The translations under genes and the position numbers were made by a program. A DNA stretch of 29,290 bases, taken from positions 1 through 29,290 of IMG/VR virus record IMGVR_UViG_3300044691_000225, one strand, 5' to 3'. Under the pieces are notes generated by a model. That model ran no database searches and was not told the origin of the DNA. It saw only the letters and a program-made list of their open reading frames with translations. Numbering within the stretch: position 1 is the first letter of the stretch; every line of letters starts with the position of its first letter. The DNA comes from a virus. Taxonomy: Duplodnaviria; Caudoviricetes. Below are positions 18,360 to 24,883 of this stretch, piece by piece.

Positions 18360-18791
18360 ATGAAGCGTTTATGGCTTGCCTTGGTGGCGGGTGTGGCATG
18401 GGCTGCACCCGCACCGCCCGATGTGTCGAACCTCATGGCGGTCCTCTTGGTCGCGACTCCGAACATCATCCCGATGCTCGCCCCGCGGACCTCGATGCTC
18501 ACCCTCCAGATGAGCTACACCTGGACCGCGCCCACCGTACATACAGACACCACGCCGATTACGGCGCCGCTGAACTATGTGATCTATCAGGGAACGCCCG
18601 GGGCGATGGTCGCAATTGATGTCGTCTCCGCGCTCGAAGCCACCTATTACCAGCCGGTGAGCTTCGGCAGTACGCAGTGCTTTGCCGTCGTTGCGGTGGA
18701 GAACAGCGTCCTGAGTGCGATGAGCCCCTTGACCTGCGTCAAGATCCCGACGAAGGGTCCGAGTGCGCCCGGCGGGTTTACGACCTCGTGA
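18360..18791 (+). CDS. FN3-like protein with predicted signal peptide
   Basis: MKRLWLALVAGVAWA signal-like N-terminus; WTAPT..TD.TPI...YVIY...CFAVVAV...S..S FN3-like pattern. Confidence 0.65.
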   Translation: MKRLWLALVAGVAWAAPAPPDVSNLMAVLLVATPNIIPMLAPRTSMLTLQMSYTWTAPTVHTDTTPITAPLNYVIYQGTPGAMVAIDVVSALEATYYQPVSFGSTQCFAVVAVENSVLSAMSPLTCVKIPTKGPSAPGGFTTS

Positions 18792-19027
18792 AATGGAAAG
18801 AGGCGTACCGGGGATTCGGGCGCCGGTACTGGATCGATCTCATCGAGCGCACGGAAGCTAACGTGACCCACATGGCGCGTGAATCGGGGGTCAATCGTAT
18901 CGATGTCTATAAGCGCTTGCGGCGATTCGGTATAGAGCTTCCGTCGCGCCCGTCACACTCACCCGGCCGCCGCGGCAACTGGGGGGATCTGTCGAATGCC
19001 CATCCCGAACCCACCCACGAACTTTAG
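18788..19027 (+). CDS. Stand-alone Fis-type helix-turn-helix protein
   Basis: GTGA coupling; ANVTHMARESGVNRIDVYKRLRRFGI matches the Fis/NtrC C-terminal HTH. Confidence 0.75.
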   Translation: MKWKEAYRGFGRRYWIDLIERTEANVTHMARESGVNRIDVYKRLRRFGIELPSRPSHSPGRRGNWGDLSNAHPEPTHEL

Positions 19028-19817
19028 CGTTGGCTTGACCCCGCCCGCGCCGGCGGTGGCGATCGGCGCGATGACGCTCTGCTATGGGCCCGCGCCCGCG
19101 ACGAGCGGGCCTGGCACGAACCTCTACGACTACAACATGCTCGATGTCACGCCCGTGGTGGGATCCTCCACCAACCCCGATGGCTCGGTGCTGATCACTG
19201 GCGCCTCGGGGGACAAGTACGGTGCCTCGCTATGCTCCGCACGCAAAGTGGGCTCGGTCGGGCAGGGCTTTGCGTTTGGCCCCAATTCCTTTGTTGAAGT
19301 AGACGCCAAATTTGTGCCGACGCTCGACCCGAATGGCGTCGGCGGCAAGCTGCCGTTCCCCGCGATTTGGGCCTTGGCCATCAAGCGCTTGCTACAGGTC
19401 GGCGGCACGAATGAGTGGTCGGAAGTCGACGTCATGCAGTGGGGGCGCGATACGACCGATTACGTCGCCGGCCTGTGCTGGATCTATTGGACTCTGGCCG
19501 CCAGTGTCACACAGCCGAACAACGGGCTGGTGAAACTCAACGGCATCAATCTTGAGAATTACAATCGCTTTGGGCTGAGCTGGGAGGAGGCGACGCCCAC
19601 GTCCCTCGGCTGCTTGCGCAACTACTTGAACGGCATCGAGCGTCCCTACGCTGTCGGCAAGCCCTACCCCTTGACCTGGGCCTACGGGGATCGCGCGGGC
19701 ACGGTGCTCGATAACAGCCAGCTCGCGCTGATCTATGGCACGCACCCGGACTGCCCTTTGACCATATCGTCCGCGTGCGTGTGGAGTCGGTCACCGGCGC
19801 GGAATTGGGTGCAGTGA
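18996..19817 (+). CDS. GH16/ConA-like beta-jelly-roll protein
   Basis: FPAIWAL...EVDVMQ, YNRFGLSW and YLNG motifs of GH16. Confidence 0.65.
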   Translation: MPIPNPPTNFSVGLTPPAPAVAIGAMTLCYGPAPATSGPGTNLYDYNMLDVTPVVGSSTNPDGSVLITGASGDKYGASLCSARKVGSVGQGFAFGPNSFVEVDAKFVPTLDPNGVGGKLPFPAIWALAIKRLLQVGGTNEWSEVDVMQWGRDTTDYVAGLCWIYWTLAASVTQPNNGLVKLNGINLENYNRFGLSWEEATPTSLGCLRNYLNGIERPYAVGKPYPLTWAYGDRAGTVLDNSQLALIYGTHPDCPLTISSACVWSRSPARNWVQ

Positions 19818-19853
19818 GACGTGTGCCGGATTTTGTACGGCGCAACCGGGGAC

Positions 19854-20336
19854 TCAGGTGCGCCGACGTTTATTGCTTGCCTGTTCTTTTCGGGTGGCCC
19901 AGCGGCAATTTCCTGGTTCGTAGTTCCCATCGTTGTTTTTGCGATCCAAACTACGACCAATAGGCCGCGCGCCCATATCCGATAGGAAATTTTCGAATAT
20001 TCTCCATCGTTCGCAAACAGTGATTCCGCGGCCTCCCCAACAGTCGAATCGAGTACATTTTGGGTTGTAGCAACGCTGAAACATAGCTTTCCATGTTCGA
20101 TATTCTGGGGACACCCTCCCCGGAAGCGCATGACCGTGGCGGGGGCCGCGATGGGTAGTAGTAATCCGTGCGCCGCCGTGCTTCGCAATGATCCGGTTAG
20201 CCGTAGGCATGGATATGCAAAATGTCGAGGCGCAAATGTTGATCGGGTTTCCAGCCTTGCGGTAACGATAGAGGCTCAACTCGTCAGCTTCATTCAAGCG
20301 CCGCGGGCGTCCAGTGCGTACTTTTGATATATCCAT
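19854..20336 (-). CDS. HNH endonuclease with N-terminal HTH
   Basis: YRTWKAMFQRC, GGRGITVCERW and SLDRKNNDGNYEPGNCRWAT..Q..N motifs; start ATG 20336. Confidence 0.88.
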   Translation of the reverse strand: MDISKVRTGRPRRLNEADELSLYRYRKAGNPINICASTFCISMPTANRIIAKHGGARITTTHRGPRHGHALPGRVSPEYRTWKAMFQRCYNPKCTRFDCWGGRGITVCERWRIFENFLSDMGARPIGRSLDRKNNDGNYEPGNCRWATRKEQASNKRRRT

Positions 20337-20353
20337 AAGTTTAATTTTAACCC

Positions 20354-20728
20354 TTAAGCCAGCTTCTCGAATACCCACTCAGGCCATGCTTCGGGTACGG
20401 GCTGCTCTTGTATCAAAATGGCCTCTTGGCGAAGACGCTTCAATTCGACCTCATAGGCGGCAATCTGCTGGCGCATGAGGGGCACGACCATCACTTGCCC
20501 GCGGGCGATCCGCCAGCCCTCGGGGGAGATCAAATCCTGACCATTCAAGCGCCATCCGCTCCACTCGGCGCTGAAGCAACCGAGGTCCGCGCGTATCAGA
20601 AGTAGGGCGCTTTCGGGCGGGCACCGTGCTCCGCGCTTCCAGCGCCGGGCGGTCGTCAAATCGACATGGCATATGCGAGCTATCTCCTTGATAGTTATGC
20701 CGTACAATGGATCATTAGGGGTTGCCAC
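20354..20728 (-). CDS. HTH + DUF3653 protein, XafT-like Xer recombination activator
   Basis: N-terminal HTH (IKEIARICHVDLTTARRWKRG) followed by WSGWRL.G..LISPEG DUF3653-type motif; adjacent to a dif-like site. Confidence 0.75.
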   Translation of the reverse strand: MATPNDPLYGITIKEIARICHVDLTTARRWKRGARCPPESALLLIRADLGCFSAEWSGWRLNGQDLISPEGWRIARGQVMVVPLMRQQIAAYEVELKRLRQEAILIQEQPVPEAWPEWVFEKLA

Positions 20729-20751
20729 ATACCCATGTTACCTATTGATTT

Positions 20752-20779
20752 ACTTCGCATAATGTATAGACTGGCAAAT
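20752..20779 (+). other. dif-like attP site (XerC arm ACTTCGCATAA, spacer TGTATA, degenerate XerD arm GACTGGCAAAT)
   Basis: Versus E. coli dif GGTGCGCATAA-TGTATA-TTATGTTAAAT: 8/11, 6/6 and 6/11 matches; intergenic and AT-rich. Confidence 0.8.
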
Positions 20780-20813
20780 TGGCGATGTGTATCATAAGTC
20801 TACGAGATGTTGT

Positions 20814-21050
20814 TCAAGTAGAGTCTCTTAGAGTTTTGATACGCTCTCGAAACTCCCGGGCAATTGGCTCGACGCGCTCATCGTATGCGCGAAACTTCGC
20901 GATGATGCGATTGGCCGTGGGCACGGACACGCGATACATAGACGCGCACGTCTTGATCGAGACGCCCGATTTTCGATAGCAATAGAGCTCCCACTCATCG
21001 GCGCGCGAGAGGCGGGGAGGGCGGCCGGTGCGAAGTTTTGATTCAGCCAC
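20814..21050 (-). CDS. Small HTH DNA-binding protein (GRP-type), possible directionality factor
   Basis: RTGRPPRL...CASMYRVSVPTANRII; paralog of the HNH N-terminus; last early gene before attP. Confidence 0.65.
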   Translation of the reverse strand: MAESKLRTGRPPRLSRADEWELYCYRKSGVSIKTCASMYRVSVPTANRIIAKFRAYDERVEPIAREFRERIKTLRDST

Positions 21051-21079
21051 CGTCCACCCCGGCATCACGTGCGGTCATT

Positions 21080-21400
21080 TCAATATTCCGTGCTGGCGAA
21101 CATGTCGGGCCGGGTGGGCTTCATCTGGTCGAGGTATTCCCGAAACGTCAACCTGGGCACCTTCGGATCGTCGTGGTCCACGATCTTGAGCCGGTCCATG
21201 TCGGCGTCGGTAAGCTCGTATGGCTCGTCGAACGCCTCCTCGTCATCCATTGGGCCGCATGTGGCCTGGAAGCTCGCCTTGGCTTCCTCAAGCGTGCGCG
21301 CGACCCACCAGTCGCAGTCATTCAGCTTGTAGACGCGCCAGGGCAGCGGCGCATCCATTGCCGGTGTTTCAGGGGTCGGTTGCCCCAATAGGTCGTTCAT
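21080..21400 (-). CDS. Hypothetical phage protein
   Basis: GGAG RBS before ATG 21400; VYKLNDCDWW...FASTEY. Confidence 0.65.
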   Translation of the reverse strand: MNDLLGQPTPETPAMDAPLPWRVYKLNDCDWWVARTLEEAKASFQATCGPMDDEEAFDEPYELTDADMDRLKIVDHDDPKVPRLTFREYLDQMKPTRPDMFASTEY

Positions 21401-21420
21401 TTCTGCTCCGGTAATCTGAC

Positions 21421-21519
21421 TCAAAAGTAGTTGAGGATGGCCAGCAAGACGCAGCGCCATCGGCTCGTGCCTTCCGCCCGATAGAAGCGATAGCTTTCCC
21501 AAAACCCTAATGGCGTCAT
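21421..21519 (-). CDS. Small hypothetical peptide (32 aa)
   Basis: ATGA-coupled MTPLGFWESYRFY...; below the ORF-track cutoff. Confidence 0.35.
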   Translation of the reverse strand: MTPLGFWESYRFYRAEGTSRWRCVLLAILNYF

Positions 21520-21785
21520 TTGGCTGTTCCTGGATTAGACGAAGATGCAGGCGGAATAACGACCTTACTGATGGCCTTGCGAGCCCTGCGCATCTCGCGT
21601 TGCTTCTCGTTCAAGCCCGCGTAGAAAGCTGCGTTTAGCGCTTCTGCAAGGCTCTCGGCATCCTCTATGTCTGAATAGCTCGTGTGATGCGCCGTGCCAT
21701 CAGGGCCGATGACAGTCCATGTCCTGTCGTGGCCGCACTTGCTGCACCCGTTCGTATCGACTTCGATGAAGTACGGTTCATTCAT
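21516..21785 (-). CDS. Hypothetical protein (CxxC)
   Basis: Overlap-coupled member of the early operon. Confidence 0.6.
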   Translation of the reverse strand: MNEPYFIEVDTNGCSKCGHDRTWTVIGPDGTAHHTSYSDIEDAESLAEALNAAFYAGLNEKQREMRRARKAISKVVIPPASSSNPGTAK

Positions 21786-22023
21786 GTTCAGCCCCGGATG
21801 TAGCCTGTGAGTCTATGAAATCAAGGATCGATTCCTTGCCGCACACGCACCGGTTTCCTGGAAATTCATCTGTAAGGTGGCAATTGTCTCCATGAGGCGT
21901 TGCGGATATATGTTCTCGGGAGCGTTGGAGCGCCCCCGAAACGGCGTCGTAGTCGCTACCGCGTACCATCTCGACCACCAAGCCTTCGCTATCGTGCAAC
22001 TCAAAGGCGTAGCGCTTAGCCAT
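21778..22023 (-). CDS. Hypothetical protein (V...DYD motif)
   Basis: AAGGAG RBS before MAKRYAF. Confidence 0.6.
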   Translation of the reverse strand: MAKRYAFELHDSEGLVVEMVRGSDYDAVSGALQRSREHISATPHGDNCHLTDEFPGNRCVCGKESILDFIDSQATSGAEHE

Positions 22024-22240
22024 GCTCTGATTCTCCTTCTGTAGACGGTGTGCCCATGTCCAGAGCATCCCTGACGGTCTCGTAGAACTTATCGCAGGCG
22101 GCACATGTACATGGGCAGACCATCGCCCATTCGAGCCGCGCGTTCTGAATTATTTCGATCCGCGCCTCGGCATCCTTGAGCAGTTCGCCGCACATTGCAG
22201 CGCCAGCTGCGGTCAGCCTGTGTTGGTCGAATACGTTCAT
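22016..22240 (-). CDS. Hypothetical protein
   Basis: GGAGG RBS, ATGA coupling. Confidence 0.55.
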   Translation of the reverse strand: MNVFDQHRLTAAGAAMCGELLKDAEARIEIIQNARLEWAMVCPCTCAACDKFYETVRDALDMGTPSTEGESEHG

Positions 22241-22479
22241 GCTCCCTCCGCTTTTGAAGTAGGCGCTGTCAAAGCGGTGCCGCAGTAGGGGCAGAACTTC
22301 ATTTCGGTGACGACGTAGCATCCACCGCCGCAGCAGCCATTGATGTTCCATGATTGGCCGTCGTTGTCAGGCTCGAACTGCGCGTTTGGCCGCATCTCTG
22401 GCGGATACAGCCACCCACCCCCGGCCATGGCCTGCATTGCGCCAGCCTGCTCGGCGAATTTGTCACAGCAAAATTTCAT
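22237..22479 (-). CDS. Hypothetical Cys-rich protein (CC...FCPYCG)
   Basis: Coupled; zinc-ribbon-like motif. Confidence 0.65.
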   Translation of the reverse strand: MKFCCDKFAEQAGAMQAMAGGGWLYPPEMRPNAQFEPDNDGQSWNINGCCGGGCYVVTEMKFCPYCGTALTAPTSKAEGA

Positions 22480-22769
22480 GACTTCCCTTCTAGAAACGAG
22501 CCCAAGCTATTCGGCAAACTCCCCCTGGGCGTAGGAGCAGGATGGCCGGTAGAGAGGCCAATCTCCGCCGTCCCTGCCTTATTACAATTTACGTCAGGCC
22601 GCAATCTCTCCCATACGCTCGCAGGCACCATCAATGGCGGCATGTAGACCGCGTTAAGTTTGTAGAGGCGTTCGTACCATGGCTTCAATTCTTCCTCGTG
22701 GCGCCGTTGAAGCATCGAAATCATGTCCAAGACTGGTTTGCTGCGTTCTTCGTACTCTTCGGGCGTCAT
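22476..22769 (-). CDS. Hypothetical protein
   Basis: MTPEEYEER..., coupled to neighbours. Confidence 0.55.
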   Translation of the reverse strand: MTPEEYEERSKPVLDMISMLQRRHEEELKPWYERLYKLNAVYMPPLMVPASVWERLRPDVNCNKAGTAEIGLSTGHPAPTPRGSLPNSLGSFLEGKS

Positions 22770-22906
22770 GTCTTTTCTCTGGAAGTAAGATTGTGAGTCT
22801 GTGGCCCCATTTCCCGCCTCGCACTGAGCCGCCATGCGAACATGTCGTCTAGGTTCAGTGTTGAGAGGCGGGCGGGAACTCTGTTCGCGCAGACGACCGC
22901 AGTCAT
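22766..22906 (-). CDS. Small hypothetical protein (46 aa)
   Basis: MTAVVCANR..., ATGA overlaps at both ends; not in the ORF track. Confidence 0.4.
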   Translation of the reverse strand: MTAVVCANRVPARLSTLNLDDMFAWRLSARREMGPQTHNLTSREKT

Positions 22907-23085
22907 CGCAGCAGCTGCACTTTGCGGCATTCGCGCCAAGCCCTCATTTCGTCGGCGTCAGCCCAATAGGTCGAATCTCGCGTATTGAGCCAAAGGACGG
23001 GGGTGCCGAGATCGCCGCTCATGGGGTGGCCCATGTCGGACAACTCGGGGTCTAGGACTTGGATCATTCGTGGTTTATTTGCCAT
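22903..23085 (-). CDS. Hypothetical protein
   Basis: GGAG RBS; overlap-coupled. Confidence 0.55.
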   Translation of the reverse strand: MANKPRMIQVLDPELSDMGHPMSGDLGTPVLWLNTRDSTYWADADEMRAWRECRKVQLLR

Positions 23086-23254
23086 CGACTTTCTCCCAAA
23101 GATATTTGCACGCCAGCTCGACCGTGCGCGGGATTACCGCGTCTCCGGCGACGTACAGGCGCATGGTGCGTTCGTTGATGCCAAGTTCGCGGGCTGCACC
23201 GCGCTGCGATATGCCAGCGCGGTCCAGAAGCTTTTGAAGCTGGTTGGCGGTCAT
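23075..23254 (-). CDS. Small XRE-type HTH regulator (59 aa)
   Basis: Hand translation MTANQLQKLLDRAGISQRGAARELGINERTMRLYVAGDAVIPRTVELAC...; below the ORF-track cutoff. Confidence 0.8.
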   Translation of the reverse strand: MTANQLQKLLDRAGISQRGAARELGINERTMRLYVAGDAVIPRTVELACKYLWEKVDGK

Positions 23255-23475
23255 GGCGTGATTCCCGTGGCACGGTTTAATGCTTCAATTTGCTGTGGCG
23301 CACACATGCGGGCGCATCGGCGACAGGTGACTTCCAAAACATCGTCAGTCAACGCATTCGATGTACGCAGCCGCATCAGCCCGCCGCCGACACATGCCGC
23401 AAATCCAGGATGGCTTGCGGGGTAGCCGGCAGGCTTACGCCGCAAATGGATTTTGTAGTCGTGATAACAGTTCAT
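23251..23475 (-). CDS. Hypothetical protein (H...C...VTCxxC zinc-finger-like)
   Basis: AGGAG RBS; first gene after the internal promoter region. Confidence 0.6.
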   Translation of the reverse strand: MNCYHDYKIHLRRKPAGYPASHPGFAACVGGGLMRLRTSNALTDDVLEVTCRRCARMCAPQQIEALNRATGITP

Positions 23476-23580
23476 GTGGTGCGTCTCCTAAGCCAGCGGT
23501 ATTGCTGGATTAAGCATAGGGTCTCATAGCCTAGGTAGGGTGTCAATACCTAACACGTAATTTAACAAATTCACTGTTTG
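23476..23580 (-). promoter_or_regulatory. Internal leftward promoter/operator region
   Basis: AT-rich gap with TTGACA, TAGG...CCTA inverted repeat, TATGCT and a CCAGC-N6-GCTGG leader hairpin; -35/-10 spacing is non-canonical. Confidence 0.4.
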
Positions 23581-23589
23581 ACACCTCCC

Positions 23590-23772
23590 TCACTCGATTC
23601 GAAGGTCAATCTTTTCGGAATGGTGCCGCGATCTCAGCACACGGATGCCGCGCGGCAGTTCCTTGAATTGGCGGTCGGCCAGATGGTCCAGCAGCTCGCG
23701 CATGGCCTCCGGGTTGTCGCGCAGGTCCTGCCAGTAGTCGTGATTGATCTCTACGATAGTTCGTATGCTCAT
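23590..23772 (-). CDS. Hypothetical phage protein
   Basis: MSIRTIVEINHD...RHHS; coupled. Confidence 0.65.
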   Translation of the reverse strand: MSIRTIVEINHDYWQDLRDNPEAMRELLDHLADRQFKELPRGIRVLRSRHHSEKIDLRIE

Positions 23773-23954
23773 GTCTCACTCGAAACAGCGCCGCGGAACA
23801 TCAGCAGGAATCCCTCGTCGATACCCTCCGCCGGCCAGAATGCGCACCGCTCGGCGAACGGGCAGAGGACCGCCATCAGCCCTGTCGTGACCGGTGCGCC
23901 GCACTTGTCGCACGTCGGACAATCGTCGGGGACCTCGATGACGATCAGGCTCAT
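23769..23954 (-). CDS. Hypothetical Cys-rich protein
   Basis: CxxC and C..C motifs; ATGA coupling. Confidence 0.55.
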   Translation of the reverse strand: MSLIVIEVPDDCPTCDKCGAPVTTGLMAVLCPFAERCAFWPAEGIDEGFLLMFRGAVSSET

Positions 23955-24271
23955 GACTCACTCGATTTGGATGGCAGCAGTGACTTGAGGAAATCCACCT
24001 CGGAAACGGCGACGTTGTGCATGAACTCTGCGTCCTCGCTGTACTCGGCATCCTCGTAGTCTTCGTATGGCGTCCCGCGGCAGCCGCTGCGCCCGGTGGC
24101 TTCCCGCACCGGGCATCCATGGCAACCTCTCGGCAACAACGGGTTACATACCGAATTGAATTTCGCGCAGAGTGGGCAAGCCTGAGCGCCAGTATCGCCC
24201 CCGTTGTTCGCAACGATCGCCTCCCATTTGGCAATTGAGCCTTGTAGCGCTACTAGCGTCTCAGCTTCCAT
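23951..24271 (-). CDS. Cys-rich hypothetical phage protein
   Basis: SIAKWE...CPLC...CHGCPV...C..TPY pattern; GGGGA RBS. Confidence 0.7.
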   Translation of the reverse strand: MEAETLVALQGSIAKWEAIVANNGGDTGAQACPLCAKFNSVCNPLLPRGCHGCPVREATGRSGCRGTPYEDYEDAEYSEDAEFMHNVAVSEVDFLKSLLPSKSSES

Positions 24272-24292
24272 GTTTCGTTCCCCGGTCAGAAG

Positions 24293-24437
24293 TGGTACGG
24301 GCGGATGGAATCGAACCACCGACCTTCGGCTTATCAAGCCGCTGCTCTGCCACTCCCCGACCGTCGTCGGTTAGCGGGCGTGATTTTGGCGAACCTAGGA
24401 CGACGCCTCCATCACAACCCTGCTGAGCTACACCCGT
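24293..24437 (-). tRNA. tRNA-Ile(GAU) with 70-nt insertion in the D-loop
   Basis: Acceptor ACGGGTG/CGCCCGT + A + CCA; D stem GCTC/GAGC; anticodon loop TTGATAA; T arm GGTGG-TTCGATT-CCATC. Confidence 0.85.
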
Positions 24438-24442
24438 ATTGA

Positions 24443-24844
24443 TCATTTAATCGTTTCCTTCAATGGGCAGTCGTCGCGATGTTTCTTGCTGTAGCTGCCG
24501 TTCGGGCAGTTACAGTTCACCGTCGTTTCCGCAGTGATGCCTAGCGCCTTGCGTGCGGCGACAAGCCAGTGGTTGTCGTAGCCGCCGAGGTTGTTGAGGC
24601 GCAGATAGTCCACGTTATCGTCATACAGGCCGCGCAGCGCCGCCTCCAACTCGCGCACGCGATCTTCGGCTGTGCCCAGTTTGACACTCAGCGTGACCGC
24701 CGCGGCTTGCGCCTCGTCCACCTTGGCGGCGAGGGCGTCCCGCTCCGCCCGCACATTGATGACTTCCTGTATCAATTGCTCCACGCTTAACGAGCCGTCT
24801 TTGTTGGCGATGCGTTCGAGGATTGGATCAACCATGGTCATCAC
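24443..24844 (-). CDS. Hypothetical coiled-coil protein
   Basis: ERDAL...LEAALR...ARKALG pattern common in phage early proteins. Confidence 0.65.
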   Translation of the reverse strand: MMTMVDPILERIANKDGSLSVEQLIQEVINVRAERDALAAKVDEAQAAAVTLSVKLGTAEDRVRELEAALRGLYDDNVDYLRLNNLGGYDNHWLVAARKALGITAETTVNCNCPNGSYSKKHRDDCPLKETIK

Positions 24845-24883
24845 CTGGTTCTTTGCAGTGCTGTCATTTCGCTCATGGCTGAT

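Noticed and set aside
18771-18791. GGGTTTA near the end of the second FN3 gene as another frameshift site
   Set aside because: Not in X XXY YYZ register, and the next gene has its own GTGA-coupled start
19818-19853. Possible terminator between the convergent operons
   Set aside because: Only a weak GTGCCG/CGGCGC stem and no U-tract on either strand
20752-20813. CTX-type attP with two inverted dif-like sites
   Set aside because: No second XerC/XerD arm pair found, only a 6-bp inverted repeat; the single-site TLC-type reading fits better
24293-24354. tRNA 3' half as an attL/attR remnant
   Set aside because: The matching 5' half is present 70 nt away and phage genes continue on both sides
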